Below the pieces are notes generated by a model, which had not been told where the DNA came from, did no database searches, and saw only the letters and a program-made list of their open reading frames with translations. From the NCBI GenBank assembly GCA_043815505.1, contig JBDRIV010000004.1, forward strand, positions 7,135 through 71,134: DNA of 64,000 nt, written 5' to 3'. This document shows, one piece after another, positions 49,805 to 59,979 of this stretch (positions within the stretch are counted from its first letter, which is position 1; the number at the start of each line of letters is the position of its first letter). The position numbers and the translations under genes are program-made. The stretch is from a bacterium. GTDB lineage: Bacteria; Patescibacteriota; JABMPQ01; JBDRIV01.

Positions 49805-50214
49805 TATTTTATAATAAACCTTGTTTTTACTGATAATTTATTGGCAGCCAGACGCAGTGCTTCTTTAGCTACATCTTCCTCTACGCCATCCATTTCAAAT
49901 AGAATACGTCCGGGTTTTACAATAACCACAAAATGATCAACTGTACCCTTTCCCTTACCCATTGGCATTTCAGCTCCTTTAGCTGTTATGGGTTTATCGG
50001 GAAATATTCTAATCCAAATTTTACCACCACGTTGCACAAATCTGGTCATAGCACGACGAGCCGCTTCAATTTGCCGAGAAGATATCCATGATTTTTCAAC
50101 AGCTTTCAAACCATAAATCCCAAAGGAAAGATCCGCACCACGAGTGGCCTTGCCTAAATTTCTTCTTCTCCCCTTTTGATGTTTGCGGTGTTTTACCTTT
50201 TTAGGCATCAACAT
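49804..50214 (-). CDS. rplP: 50S ribosomal protein L16
   Basis: [16 protein letters not shown]. Confidence 0.9.
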   Translation of the reverse strand: MLMPKKVKHRKHQKGRRRNLGKATRGADLSFGIYGLKAVEKSWISSRQIEAARRAMTRFVQRGGKIWIRIFPDKPITAKGAEMPMGKGKGTVDHFVVIVKPGRILFEMDGVEEDVAKEALRLAANKLSVKTRFIIK

Positions 50215-50215
50215 A

Positions 50216-50899
50216 TTATTTCTTCTCCTCCTTCTTAATTCCTTCTAATCTTTTTTCATCAGCATTAAATACTTCACCTTTATAAATCCAAATTTTAATT
50301 CCAACTACTCCATAAGTTGTATAAGCATTTGTTCTATTAAAATCAATGTCAGCTCTTAAGGTTTGCAGTGGAATACTACCTTCTACTATCCATTCGCGTC
50401 GTGACATTTCCGCACCGTCAAGCCGTCCCGCAATCATAATTTTTACCCCCTTAGCACCTGCTTCTATAACTTTTCCAGCCATTTGTTTCATAACTCTCCG
50501 AAAGGGCATACGTTTTTCAATTTGTTCTGCCGCCATAATACCTACTAATTTAGCATCAAGTAAAGGTTGTCTAACTTCTTGAATATTTATTTTTATTTGA
50601 GTTTTACTGGAAGGAAGTATTTTATTAATTTCTTTTTTCAAATCTTCAATTCCTCCTCCACCTCTACCAATAATTAAACCTGGTCGAGAGGAATAAATAT
50701 TATAAATAATTTCCTGAGGTGACCGTTCAACTTCAATTTTGGAAATTGCGGCATCCTTCAATTTTTTCAATAAAAACTTTTTCACTTTTGTATCCTGCTC
50801 TAAATAAACTGCATAATTCTTACCAGAAAACCACTTGGAGTTCCAAGAGTAGAGATAACCTAATCGATATGCTTTGGGATGGACCTTTTGTCCCATCAA
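50216..50899 (-). CDS. rpsC: 30S ribosomal protein S3
   Basis: [13 protein letters not shown], and a KH domain. Confidence 0.9.
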   Translation of the reverse strand: MMGQKVHPKAYRLGYLYSWNSKWFSGKNYAVYLEQDTKVKKFLLKKLKDAAISKIEVERSPQEIIYNIYSSRPGLIIGRGGGGIEDLKKEINKILPSSKTQIKINIQEVRQPLLDAKLVGIMAAEQIEKRMPFRRVMKQMAGKVIEAGAKGVKIMIAGRLDGAEMSRREWIVEGSIPLQTLRADIDFNRTNAYTTYGVVGIKIWIYKGEVFNADEKRLEGIKKEEKK

Positions 50900-50912
50900 A
50901 ATGAATTAATAA

Positions 50913-51479
50913 TTATTGAGCTTTTCTTCTGAAAAATCTTTGTTTAAATCCTTTTCTCATCTTTCCTGATTTTTTATCTTCAAATTTTTTACCGTCTGGT
51001 GCTGTAAATGTTTTTTTCTCTTCTTTCTCGTCCTCTTGTCCTGAGCTTGTCGAAGAAACTTTTTTATCCACTGCTTCGCTTTTAGCATCATAATTTACTG
51101 GTTTTGGTTTTGCAGTTGCCTTTTCTTTCTTCTGACGTTTACCTTCTTTTCTTTCGTTCAGAATAACTGTAATGTGACTTTCTCTCTTTCTAATTGGAAA
51201 AGCGCGTCCGAAGGCACGTGGTTGATATCTTACCAATGTTCTACCTTCATCACAAGTTACAAATTCAATATATAAATTTTCTTTAACCATGTCGTGATTG
51301 TTTTCACCGTTGGCGATAGCGCTTTTCAAGATTTCTCTCATTAACCTAGCACCTTTATGAGGCATAAAAACAAGTTGTCTTTCTGCTTCCACGGCATCCA
51401 TGCCACGCACAACATTGGCAATCAAACGAATCTTGCGTGGTGATATTTTTACATTTTTTCCTTTAGCTTTAACTTGCAT
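50913..51479 (-). CDS. rplV: 50S ribosomal protein L22 (long C-terminal Lys/Glu-rich extension)
   Basis: The L22 core spans residues 1-115, followed by a 70-aa tail. Confidence 0.85.
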   Translation of the reverse strand: MQVKAKGKNVKISPRKIRLIANVVRGMDAVEAERQLVFMPHKGARLMREILKSAIANGENNHDMVKENLYIEFVTCDEGRTLVRYQPRAFGRAFPIRKRESHITVILNERKEGKRQKKEKATAKPKPVNYDAKSEAVDKKVSSTSSGQEDEKEEKKTFTAPDGKKFEDKKSGKMRKGFKQRFFRRKAQ

Positions 51480-51481
51480 AA

Positions 51482-51838
51482 TTATTCCTTTTTATTTTCT
51501 TCCTTTCCTTCAACATCTTCTTTGGTAGCAGCTATTTTAGCCTTAGCTGCTTCGGCTTCAGCCATTTCCTGTTCCTTAGCCATGCGACCACCATGTCCAT
51601 GAAATTTTCTAGTTGGAGAAAACTCGCCTAATTTGTGTCCGACCATATCTTCGGTAACAAAAACTGGTGTATGTTCTTTGCCATTATGAACACCAAAAGT
51701 AAAACCTACCATTTCTGGGGAAATAGTTGAGCTTCTGGCCCAGGTTTTTATAACCGTTTTATCGTCCGCTTTTAAATTACTAATTTTTTTCAGCAATTTT
51801 TCATCGACGTATGGTCCTTTTTTTAGTGATCTCGACAT
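51482..51838 (-). CDS. rpsS: 30S ribosomal protein S19 (C-terminal extension)
   Basis: [19 protein letters not shown] and [17 protein letters not shown]. Confidence 0.9.
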   Translation of the reverse strand: MSRSLKKGPYVDEKLLKKISNLKADDKTVIKTWARSSTISPEMVGFTFGVHNGKEHTPVFVTEDMVGHKLGEFSPTRKFHGHGGRMAKEQEMAEAEAAKAKIAATKEDVEGKEENKKE

Positions 51839-51840
51839 AA

Positions 51841-52683
51841 CTATTTTTTCCTATTCTTACGCGGTTTAATAATAAATCTATCTGAAAATTTAACTTGCTT
51901 TCTACTTGGTACACCCAAAGCTGGTTTACCCCATTTAGTTTTTGGTCGTCTGAGACCAATTGGTGATCTTCCTTCACCGCCACCATGAGGATGATCAACA
52001 GGATTCATAGCCTTACCACGAACTGTTGGTCGTTTGCTTTGCCATCTCTTACGACCAGCTTTTCCAATAACAATATTATTATGATCCCCTCTGGAAACTG
52101 TACCGATTGTGGCGGAACATTCAGAATTCACATTTCTAACTTCACCAGAAGGAAATTTAATTTGCGTATATTCTCCGTCATGAGCAACAACTGTAGCATA
52201 AGTTCCAGCTGACCTAGCTCGAACAGCACCTCTACCTACTTCAATTTCTACATTATGAATTTCTGTACCCAAAGGCATATGTTTTAAAATCGTTCGGTTA
52301 CCATTTTTAATCTCAATTTTTTTTCTGGAAGAAACGATTTCATCCCCAACTTTCATTTTTTTAGTGGCAATAATATAAGATTTTTTTCCATTTGAATAAG
52401 TAAGAAGAGCAATAAAGGCGGAACGATTGGGATCGTATTCAACAGCTTTCACTATGGCTGTAATATCGTAATCTTGTTGCTTAAAATCGATTTCTCTGTG
52501 CTTTCTTTTATTACCCCCACCACGGTGTCGAATTGTAACTGTTCCAGTACGAGCACGTCCAGCTTTTTGCTTCTTATATTTAGTAAGACTTTTTTCGGGT
52601 CTCTTTTTTGTTAAAGTCGAAAAATCAGTCGTGGACATAGTACGACGGGATGGAGTGTATGGTTTGTAATTTTTAATTGACAT
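51841..52683 (-). CDS. rplB: 50S ribosomal protein L2
   Basis: [14 protein letters not shown]. The start is the ATG at 52683; the track extends it to a TTG at 52689. Confidence 0.92.
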   Translation of the reverse strand: MSIKNYKPYTPSRRTMSTTDFSTLTKKRPEKSLTKYKKQKAGRARTGTVTIRHRGGGNKRKHREIDFKQQDYDITAIVKAVEYDPNRSAFIALLTYSNGKKSYIIATKKMKVGDEIVSSRKKIEIKNGNRTILKHMPLGTEIHNVEIEVGRGAVRARSAGTYATVVAHDGEYTQIKFPSGEVRNVNSECSATIGTVSRGDHNNIVIGKAGRKRWQSKRPTVRGKAMNPVDHPHGGGEGRSPIGLRRPKTKWGKPALGVPSRKQVKFSDRFIIKPRKNRKK

Positions 52684-52699
52684 AAACAATTCAAATTTT

Positions 52700-52778
52700 A
52701 AAACTCAAAAGTCAAAACTACTACGACTTTTTGTTTACTAAATTAATAATTTTTGACCTTTGACTTTTTACTTTTAAC
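52700..52778. repeat. Intercistronic inverted-repeat element (AAAAGTCAAA-core arms) between rplW and rplB
   Basis: AAAACTCAAAAGTCAAAAC (52700..52718) matches the reverse complement of GACCTTTGACTTTTTAC (52754..52770). It shares the GTCAAAAG/CTTTTGAC motif family with 47729..47855 and 59882..59942. Confidence 0.5.
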
Positions 52779-52785
52779 TTAACTA

Positions 52786-53271
52786 TCATACTCCTTCAAC
52801 TAAATCTAATTTATCGCCAGCAATCAATTTCACATAAGCTTTTTTGTAACGGCTGGTGAAACCCTTGCTTCTACCATAGCGTCTCATTTTTCCTTTTACA
52901 TTAACGATTCTAACTTGAACAACTTGTACACCATATAAATCCTCCACCGCATTTGCAATCTGACGACGATTGGAATCTTTATTTACAATAAAAGCATATT
53001 TATTTTCTTCCTGAATTACTGAAGCTTTTTCTGAAATAACTGGTTTAATCAAAATTTTGTAAGCTCTATTGTCATCTTTTTTACTGACTTTTCTTTTGAC
53101 AACAGTTTTTTTCTTGGGTTTAGCCTTTTCTTTATTTACTTGTCCTGAGCCTGTCGAAGAATCTTTTTTTTCACTAACAGTTTCGGCCTTTTTTGGAGCA
53201 TCCTTAACTTTGTCATTTTTAGTGACTTCCTTTTCTTCTTCTTCTTTCTTTTTACGATTAAATAAACCCAT
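52786..53271 (-). CDS. rplW: 50S ribosomal protein L23 (about 68-aa N-terminal Lys/Glu-rich extension)
   Basis: The L23 core AYKILIKPVISEKA begins at about residue 69. Confidence 0.8.
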   Translation of the reverse strand: MGLFNRKKKEEEEKEVTKNDKVKDAPKKAETVSEKKDSSTGSGQVNKEKAKPKKKTVVKRKVSKKDDNRAYKILIKPVISEKASVIQEENKYAFIVNKDSNRRQIANAVEDLYGVQVVQVRIVNVKGKMRRYGRSKGFTSRYKKAYVKLIAGDKLDLVEGV

Positions 53272-53273
53272 AA

Positions 53274-53903
53274 TTACTTAGCAAATTTCTTTTCTAAAGT
53301 GTTAATTGTTTCTGGCAGTACTAACAAATATTCATAAGAAACTAGATCGATAATATCTAAAATGTCCGTGTTTGTAACTTTAACTTTCTGAATATTTTTG
53401 GAGGCTCGGTAAACTTTGTCGTCTTTCTTTGGCAAAACAATCAGTAAACTTTTATTCTTAACAGGTAATTTAGAAATTACCTTCGCCATCTCTCTGGTTT
53501 TAACATCTTTTATGTTCAAATCATCAACGACCAACAATTTATCTTCTTTGGCTTTAGCTGTAAGAATAGCCAGCAACGCTTTTTGTCTTTCCTTCCTATT
53601 AACTTTGCGTTTATAATTTCTTTCCTTACTTGGTCCAAATGTTACACCGCCCCCAATCCAAATTGGAGAACGAATTGATCCATGTCTAGCTCGGCCAGTT
53701 CCTTTTTGTTTCCAAGGTTTTTTACCACCACCTCTAACATCAGATCTTCCTTTGGTATTAGCAATTATTTCTCTTTTATTACTTCTGGCAGCAACTAAAA
53801 CTTTATAAATAGTATCATCAGCTACTTGCACAGAGAATAATGAAGCCGGCAACTTTTGTTTGCCAGTATCTTTGCCTTCAGAATTTAATAATTTAGCTTC
53901 CAT
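53274..53903 (-). CDS. rplD: 50S ribosomal protein L4
   Basis: A 209-aa protein with the KPWKQKGTGRARHGS motif. Confidence 0.88.
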   Translation of the reverse strand: MEAKLLNSEGKDTGKQKLPASLFSVQVADDTIYKVLVAARSNKREIIANTKGRSDVRGGGKKPWKQKGTGRARHGSIRSPIWIGGGVTFGPSKERNYKRKVNRKERQKALLAILTAKAKEDKLLVVDDLNIKDVKTREMAKVISKLPVKNKSLLIVLPKKDDKVYRASKNIQKVKVTNTDILDIIDLVSYEYLLVLPETINTLEKKFAK

Positions 53904-54526
53904 TATTTTACTTTTCTTACTTGTACAATTTTTCCCTTAGCACCCGGAACAGAACCCTTCACCGCTAAAATATTTTTCTTAACATCAACTGTAGCAACTT
54001 CTAAATTACTTATTGTTACTCTTTCGTTACCCATACGTCCAGCCATTTTCATTCCCTTCATAACATGTTGAGGAAAAGCGGCACCAATTGATCCAGGAGC
54101 TCTTTCGTCATGTCTGTGTCCATGAGTTTTAGGCGAACCAGCAAAACCGTGGCGTTTTACCACGCCGGCAAATCCTCTACCTTTACTAGTTGAAGTAACT
54201 TTTACTTTGTCGCCTGTAGCAAAACTTTCTACTGTGAAAACGTCGCCCACTTTTGGTAATTTGTAATCTTCTTTTTTAAACTTTATTCTCATTTCTTTCA
54301 AGCCAACAAACTTTTTCTTCAAATTTTTTAGATGACCCTGCATGGGTTTACTAATTTTTTTAGCTTCAGCGTAACCAATTTGGACAGCGGTATAACCATC
54401 TTTGTCATCATTTTTTACTTGTGTAACTGTGCAAGGACCCACTTCCAAAACTGTGACCGGAATAACTTTTCCGCTCTCATCATACGTTCTACTCATACCA
54501 ATTTTTTTGCCTAACATAAAATCCAT
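53903..54526 (-). CDS. rplC: 50S ribosomal protein L3
   Basis: GKKIGMSRTYDESGKVIPVTVLE. Confidence 0.9.
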   Translation of the reverse strand: MDFMLGKKIGMSRTYDESGKVIPVTVLEVGPCTVTQVKNDDKDGYTAVQIGYAEAKKISKPMQGHLKNLKKKFVGLKEMRIKFKKEDYKLPKVGDVFTVESFATGDKVKVTSTSKGRGFAGVVKRHGFAGSPKTHGHRHDERAPGSIGAAFPQHVMKGMKMAGRMGNERVTISNLEVATVDVKKNILAVKGSVPGAKGKIVQVRKVK

Positions 54527-54548
54527 CTTGCTTGATTGATTAAAACAA

Positions 54549-54594
54549 GGATCTTAGTACGTAGCAAAATCGCTTTTGCTACCTACAAAGATCC
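54549..54594. promoter_or_regulatory. Nested perfect stem-loop in the rpsJ-rplC intercistronic spacer
   Basis: An outer 7-bp stem GGATCTT/AAGATCC (54549..54555 and 54588..54594) encloses an inner 9-bp stem GTAGCAAAA-TCGC-TTTTGCTAC (54561..54582). Confidence 0.45.
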
Positions 54595-54615
54595 CATCGC
54601 TAAAAGGAATCTTAT

Positions 54616-55092
54616 TTACATCTTGATCTCAATGTCAACGCCAGCAGGTAAATTCAGATTAGTCAGTGAATCCACAGTTTTAGGGGTCGGATTGGTGATA
54701 TCAATTAAACGCTTGTGAATTCTCATTTCGTACTGCTCTCGTGAATCCTTATGAACGAATGGTGATTTAATAACTGTATACTTATTCTTTTCGGTTGGTA
54801 GGGGTACGGGGCCAGAAATATCAGCGCCAGTTCTTTTGGCAGTTTCCACAATTTTCAAAGCCGTTTGATCAACAACTTTGTGATCATAAGCTTTAATTTT
54901 AATTCTTACCCGTTGCGAAACTTCTTCAGCTCCGGTTGCAACCTGTTTATTAGCATCAACTTTTTTAGCAATGGTTTTTTTCGCTACTCTCTTCTTGCTG
55001 GTAGTTTTCTTGGTTGACTTCTTATGTGATGCGGATTTTGCTTTAGCTGAAGCAGGTTTTTTAGCCTTCTTAGCTTTTTTTGAATCTGGCAT
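54616..55092 (-). CDS. rpsJ: 30S ribosomal protein S10 (about 55-aa N-terminal Lys/Ala-rich extension)
   Basis: The core [16 protein letters not shown]...[18 protein letters not shown] follows a histone-H1-like [15 protein letters not shown] tail. Confidence 0.88.
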   Translation of the reverse strand: MPDSKKAKKAKKPASAKAKSASHKKSTKKTTSKKRVAKKTIAKKVDANKQVATGAEEVSQRVRIKIKAYDHKVVDQTALKIVETAKRTGADISGPVPLPTEKNKYTVIKSPFVHKDSREQYEMRIHKRLIDITNPTPKTVDSLTNLNLPAGVDIEIKM

Positions 55093-55141
55093 TAACTTTT
55101 AAATAATAGAACTTATTATTATTTTCCTCTATACACAGAAA

Positions 55142-55190
55142 GCTGGCGCCTCTCACCTTCTAAATTAGAAAGCAAGAGACGCCGCTTTTT
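55142..55190. terminator. GC-rich imperfect hairpin followed by a T-run (plus-strand sense) in the tuf-rpsJ spacer; possible bidirectional terminator or attenuator
   Basis: GCTGGCGCCTCTCACC...AAGAGACGCCGC is followed by TTTTTGTGTTTATTT. The stem is imperfect. Both flanking genes are on the minus strand, so function is uncertain. Confidence 0.3.
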
Positions 55191-55209
55191 GTGTTTATTT
55201 ACAATTCAT

Positions 55210-56418
55210 TTATTTGACAATCTTGGTTACGGCACCGGCGCCAACAGTTTTTCCACCTTCGCGAATAGCAAAGCGCATACCATCTTCCATAGCAATCGGA
55301 GAACCAAGTTTGATTTGCATTTTTACAGTATCCCCAGGCATTACCATTTCGGCATCTTTTCCATCTTCAGACATAACTTTTTCCACTTCACCAGTTACAT
55401 CAGTTGTCCTGATATAGAACTGTGGTTTGTACCCTTTAACAAAAGCTGTATGACGTCCACCTTCTTCTTGAGTTAGAACATAAACCTCGGCTTCAAATTC
55501 TGTATGAGGAGTAATTGAGCCTGGTTTAGCCAAAACTTGACCACGTTCAACTTCTTCTTTCTTAGTACCACGAAGCAAAACACCAGCATTATCACCAGCT
55601 TTTCCTTCATCAAGTTGTTTGTTGAACATCTCAATTCCGGTAACAACGGTTTTAGAAGTGTCTTTAATTCCAACGATTTCAATTTCGTCGTTTACTTTAA
55701 CAACACCGCGATCAATTCTACCTGTCACAACAGTTCCGCGACCTTCAATTGAGAAAATATCTTCAATTGGCATTAAGAAATCTTTATCAACATCTCGTTT
55801 TGGTTCTGGAATATGTTCATCCAAAGCTTTAATAAGTTCCAAAACCGCTTTGCCATCTTCACCCTTGGGATCTTCCAAAGCCTTTAGAGCTGAACCTTTT
55901 ATTACAGGAATATCATCACCTGGGAATTCATATTTTTTAAGCAAATCACGAACTTCAACTTCTACTAGGTCTAGAAGTTCTGGATCATCAACTTGATCAG
56001 TTTTATTTAAGAAAACTACCATAGCAGGAACATTAACTTGACGAGCCAACAAAATATGTTCACGGGTTTGAGGCATTGGACCATCAGCGGCTGAAACTAC
56101 TAAAATAGCGCCGTCCATCTGGGCAGCACCAGTAATCATATTCTTAACATAGTCAGCGTGACCTGGGCAGTCAACATGAGCATAATGTCGATTAGGACTT
56201 TCATACTCACAATGAGCGGTAGCAATTGTAATACCACGCTCTTTTTCTTCAGGAGCGTTGTCAATCTGATCAACAGATTTTACATTTGCTTTGTAACCCT
56301 CACCAGCTTCTGCCAAAGTGTTTAAAATGGCAGCTGTAAGAGTGGTTTTACCATGGTCAACGTGTCCAATTGTACCCACGTTAACGTGTGGTTTTGAGCG
56401 GTCAAATTTTTCGGCCAT
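55210..56418 (-). CDS. tuf: Elongation factor Tu
   Basis: [22 protein letters not shown] and NKTD. Confidence 0.95.
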   Translation of the reverse strand: MAEKFDRSKPHVNVGTIGHVDHGKTTLTAAILNTLAEAGEGYKANVKSVDQIDNAPEEKERGITIATAHCEYESPNRHYAHVDCPGHADYVKNMITGAAQMDGAILVVSAADGPMPQTREHILLARQVNVPAMVVFLNKTDQVDDPELLDLVEVEVRDLLKKYEFPGDDIPVIKGSALKALEDPKGEDGKAVLELIKALDEHIPEPKRDVDKDFLMPIEDIFSIEGRGTVVTGRIDRGVVKVNDEIEIVGIKDTSKTVVTGIEMFNKQLDEGKAGDNAGVLLRGTKKEEVERGQVLAKPGSITPHTEFEAEVYVLTQEEGGRHTAFVKGYKPQFYIRTTDVTGEVEKVMSEDGKDAEMVMPGDTVKMQIKLGSPIAMEDGMRFAIREGGKTVGAGAVTKIVK

Positions 56419-56451
56419 ATATTTTAATTTAAATGTTTAAATTTAAGCTTA

Positions 56452-56525
56452 TTAATACTGAATTTCACAAGTTTTGGCAAGTGAAGTTCAGCGTTAAGTA
56501 TAACAAGAGCTATTGATTTTGGCAA
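56452..56525 (-). promoter_or_regulatory. Two tandem sigma70-type promoters upstream of tuf (P1: TTGCCA-N17-TATACT; P2: TTGCCA-N17-TATTAA)
   Basis: On the minus strand P1 has -35 at 56525..56520 and -10 at 56502..56497. P2 has -35 at 56480..56475 and -10 at 56457..56452. The -35 elements are an 11-bp direct repeat (TTTTGGCAAGT on the plus strand). Confidence 0.45.
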
Positions 56526-56584
56526 GTCCCTCTTACTGACATATCATCCACTACTGCTTTTTGGCTTATATAAGCCTATATTTA

Positions 56585-58681
56585 TTATTTTTTAGTCGTT
56601 TCTTCTCCTCCGGCTTTAGTCATAATTTCTTCAGCTACATTTCTTGGTACAGGCTCATAATGGTCAAATTCCATGGTGTAGTTGGCTCTTCCTTGAGTCA
56701 TAGAACGAAGTGAGGTCGCATAACCAAACATTTCTGACAAAGGAACTTGAGCATCTATTTCTTTCATTTGCGCTCGATCTTCCATTTTTTCCACTTGACC
56801 TCTTTTGGAATTTAAATCTCCAACCACATCACCCATAAACTGTTCTGGAGTTACTACTGTTACTTTCATCATTGGTTCCAATAATTGTGGCTTAGCTTTT
56901 TTGAAACAAGCTTGAAAAGCCATCGAGGCAGCAATTTTGAAAGCAGCTTCGGAGGAATCTACATCATGATAAGAACCATCATAAGCTGTGGCTTTAACAT
57001 CAACAATTGGATAACCAGCCAGCACACCATTATCCATTGCTTCTTTCACACCTTTTTCAACGGCGGGAACATATTCTTGAGGAATTACACCACCTTTAAT
57101 TTCATTAGCAAATTCGAATCCTTCTCCCCGCTCGCGAGGTTCCAAACGAATCCAAACATGTCCGTACTGACCACGACCACCGGATTGTCTAATATATTTT
57201 CCTTCTGCTTCAGCGGTCGTAAAAATAGTTTCTTTGTAAGCAACTTGTGGTTTACCAATATTTGCCTCAACATTAAATTCTCTTTTCATGCGATCAATAA
57301 TAACTTCCAAATGAAGTTCGCCCATTCCCGAAATAATTGTCTGGGCTGTCTCCTCATCTGTTTTAACCTGAAATGTTGGGTCTTCTTCAGCTAGTTTATG
57401 TAAAGCAATACTCATTTTTTCCTGATCAGCTTTGGTTTTTGGCTCAACAGAAATAGAAATAACAGGTTCAGGGAAAGTAATTTTTTCTAAGATAATTTGA
57501 TTCTCTTGATCACAAAGTGTATCACCAGTTGTGGTGTTGTCCAGTCCAACAATAGCAGCAATGTCACCAGCATAAACTTTTTTAATTTCTTCCCGTTTAT
57601 TAGCATGCATCATTAAAATTCGTCCTACTCTTTCTTTTTTTCCGGTGGTGGAATTATAAACATAGGAACCGGCTTCTAAAGTTCCAGAATACATTCTAAA
57701 GAAGGCTAATTTTCCCACAAAAGGATCAGTAGCAATTTTAAATACCAAAGCTGATTGTGGTTCTTCATCGGATGCATGTCGTTCCATTTCTTTTTCTTCA
57801 TCTTCAGGATCAATGCCTTTGATAGCAGGAATATCAAGTGGTGAAGGTAAATATTCTACAATGGCATCAAGCATTTGCTGAACACCTTTGTTTTTTAAGG
57901 CCGAACCACAAAGAATAGGAATAAATTCGTTGGCTATAACACCTTTTCTAATTGCTTTAACAATTTCTTCTTCTGAAAGTTCTGTTCCTTCCAAATACTT
58001 TTCCATTGTTTTTTCGTCATTTTCAACGGCTGCTTCAATCATTTTTTCACGATATTCGCGTGTCTTGTCTTTCATATCGTCAGGAATTTCCTGTTCTTCA
58101 ATTTCCTTGCCCATTTCATCTTTAAAGACATAAGCTTTTTGTTTCAATAAATCCACAATTCCTAAGAAATTTTCTTCAATACCAATTGGTAACTGAATAG
58201 GATAAGCTTTCTTGGTTAAACGATCGTGAATGGAATCTACGTCACCATAAAAATCGGCACCAGTTCTATCCAGTTTATTTATAAAACACATTCTCGGTAC
58301 ACTGTATTTTTCAGCTTGGTGCCAAACAGTTTCCGATTGCGGTTCCACGCCAGCGACACCATCAAAGACAACCACGCCACCGTCGAGCACACGCAAACTT
58401 CTTTCCACCTCAACCGTAAAATCTACATGACCTGGGGTATCAATAATATTTATTCTGGTGTCTTTCCAAAAACAAGTGGTAGCAGCAGAAGTAATGGTAA
58501 TACCGCGTTCACGTTCCTGTTCCATCCAATCCATTTCAGCTTCACCTTCATGAACTTCACCAATCTTATGTTTTTTTCCAGTGTAATATAAAACGCGCTC
58601 AGTAACAGTAGTTTTACCGGCATCAATATGAGCAATGATTCCAATATTTCTTGTTTTCTCTAAGGTGTAATCGCGCGCCAT
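56585..58681 (-). CDS. fusA: Elongation factor G
   Basis: [19 protein letters not shown] and DTPGHVDF, with a length of 698 aa. Confidence 0.95.
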   Translation of the reverse strand: MARDYTLEKTRNIGIIAHIDAGKTTVTERVLYYTGKKHKIGEVHEGEAEMDWMEQERERGITITSAATTCFWKDTRINIIDTPGHVDFTVEVERSLRVLDGGVVVFDGVAGVEPQSETVWHQAEKYSVPRMCFINKLDRTGADFYGDVDSIHDRLTKKAYPIQLPIGIEENFLGIVDLLKQKAYVFKDEMGKEIEEQEIPDDMKDKTREYREKMIEAAVENDEKTMEKYLEGTELSEEEIVKAIRKGVIANEFIPILCGSALKNKGVQQMLDAIVEYLPSPLDIPAIKGIDPEDEEKEMERHASDEEPQSALVFKIATDPFVGKLAFFRMYSGTLEAGSYVYNSTTGKKERVGRILMMHANKREEIKKVYAGDIAAIVGLDNTTTGDTLCDQENQIILEKITFPEPVISISVEPKTKADQEKMSIALHKLAEEDPTFQVKTDEETAQTIISGMGELHLEVIIDRMKREFNVEANIGKPQVAYKETIFTTAEAEGKYIRQSGGRGQYGHVWIRLEPRERGEGFEFANEIKGGVIPQEYVPAVEKGVKEAMDNGVLAGYPIVDVKATAYDGSYHDVDSSEAAFKIAASMAFQACFKKAKPQLLEPMMKVTVVTPEQFMGDVVGDLNSKRGQVEKMEDRAQMKEIDAQVPLSEMFGYATSLRSMTQGRANYTMEFDHYEPVPRNVAEEIMTKAGGEETTKK

Positions 58682-58792
58682 CTAATTTTGCTTATTGCTT
58701 ATGGCGAATAGCTTATGTATAAGCTACTCACTTTAAGTAATAAAAAACCACTGGCCGTGGCTATTAGCTATTTGCCATATGCCACTGGCCGT

Positions 58793-59260
58793 TTATGCAT
58801 AGTGAGCAAAAGCCTTGTTTGCTTCAGCCATGCGATGAGTATCATCTCTTTTCTTCATAGCTGTTCCCATTTTCTTAGCAGCATCCATTAATTCATTGGC
58901 CAATCTAGTTGCCATTGGTCGTCCACTTTTTCTTTTAACTGCGCCAATAATCCAACGAAAAGCCAAAGTATTACGACGTCCGCCGCGAACTTCCACTGGC
59001 ACCTGATAGTTAGCACCACCAACTCTTTTAGCCCTTACTTCAACTTGCGGTCCTACATTTCTCATAGCTAAATCGAAAATATCGATAGGATCTTTTTTGG
59101 TTTTAGCGGCAATAATTTCGAACGCATCATAAACAATATGTTCGGCCGTACTCTTCTTACCTCTTTCCATAATATGATTAATAAATTTGGCCACTAAAAC
59201 ATTATTGAATTTTGGATCAGGTAAAATATTTCTCTTATATTGTCTTTTTCGTCTAGGCAT
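58793..59260 (-). CDS. rpsG: 30S ribosomal protein S7
   Basis: [20 protein letters not shown]. Confidence 0.92.
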   Translation of the reverse strand: MPRRKRQYKRNILPDPKFNNVLVAKFINHIMERGKKSTAEHIVYDAFEIIAAKTKKDPIDIFDLAMRNVGPQVEVRAKRVGGANYQVPVEVRGGRRNTLAFRWIIGAVKRKSGRPMATRLANELMDAAKKMGTAMKKRDDTHRMAEANKAFAHYA

Positions 59261-59264
59261 TAGT

Positions 59265-59400
59265 TTGCTTATGGCCTATAGCTTATGGCTAAGGGCACAT
59301 TGAATTATTTATTATATGTTGTTTATGGCTTATGGCGAATAGTCTGTGGCCACTGGCACTTAGATTATTTATTATTATGGCTTATGGCGAATAGTTTATT
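59265..59400. repeat. Tandem ~55-bp direct repeats (about 2.5 copies) in the rpsL-rpsG spacer, containing the 16-mer GGCTTATGGCGAATAG twice
   Basis: The 16-mer is exact at 59327..59342 and 59379..59394. A 15-mer copy lies at 58697..58711 in the rpsG-fusA spacer. TTATTTATTAT is also repeated at 59306 and 59366. Confidence 0.55.
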
Positions 59401-59439
59401 GAAATAAACTGCTATTTGTTATTGGCAATTAGCTATCTG

Positions 59440-59862
59440 CTACTTAGCTTTCTGCTTTTTAGCACCGTATAAACTACGACTTTGTTTTCTATCATCAACT
59501 CCAGTAGCATCTAAAACTCCGCGAATAATATGATAACGCACACCGGGAAGATCTGGAACACGACCACCACGAATTAATACAATGGAATGTTCTTGTAAAG
59601 TGTGTCCTTCTCCTGGAATATAGGCTGTTACTTCCATGCCATTAGTTAATCTTACTCTGGCAATTTTTCTGAGAGCTGAATTCGGTTTTTTAGGAGCTGT
59701 AGTTGTTACTTTTACGCAAACACCACGCTTAAAAGGACTACCTTTAGGTAGAATTTTATTACGTCTTTTTATATGATTGAATGATTTTAGCAAAGCCGGT
59801 GATTTTGGCTTTTTTTTGCTTGATTTACGCGGCTTGCGAATTAATTGATTTATTGTTGGCAT
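59440..59862 (-). CDS. rpsL: 30S ribosomal protein S12
   Basis: [10 protein letters not shown]...[10 protein letters not shown]. Confidence 0.92.
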   Translation of the reverse strand: MPTINQLIRKPRKSSKKKPKSPALLKSFNHIKRRNKILPKGSPFKRGVCVKVTTTAPKKPNSALRKIARVRLTNGMEVTAYIPGEGHTLQEHSIVLIRGGRVPDLPGVRYHIIRGVLDATGVDDRKQSRSLYGAKKQKAK

Positions 59863-59881
59863 ATAAAATTAACTCAAATTT

Positions 59882-59942
59882 CAAAAGTAAAAGAGTCAAA
59901 GGATTAGATTGGTACTTTTGATTTTTGAGTTTTCCTTTTGAC
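59882..59942. repeat. Inverted-repeat element (CAAAAG/GTCAAAGG-type) in the rpsL 5' leader
   Basis: CAAAAGTAAAAGAGTCAAAGG (59882..59902) matches the reverse complement of CTTTTGATTTTTGAGTTTTCCTTTTGAC (59915..59942). Confidence 0.45.
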
Positions 59943-59950
59943 TTAATATA

Positions 59951-59979
59951 TTATTACCATACGCTAATTTTTCTGTCAA
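59951..59979 (-). promoter_or_regulatory. Sigma70-type promoter of the str operon (TTGACA-N17-TAATAA with upstream TGG extended -10)
   Basis: The minus strand carries -35 TTGACA at 59979..59974 and -10 TAATAA at 59956..59951. The predicted TSS is about 59944, just upstream of the leader hairpin. Confidence 0.4.

Noticed and set aside
51801-51998. 65-aa minus-strand ORF overlapping the rpsS/rplB junction
   Set aside because: It is an out-of-frame overlap with two essential r-protein genes and has no RBS logic. It is a spurious alternative frame.
56885-57394. 169-aa plus-strand ORF antisense to fusA
   Set aside because: It lies entirely inside the highly conserved EF-G coding sequence on the opposite strand and has low-complexity, hydrophobic F/N/I-rich composition typical of antisense AT-rich frames. 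It shows no motif.
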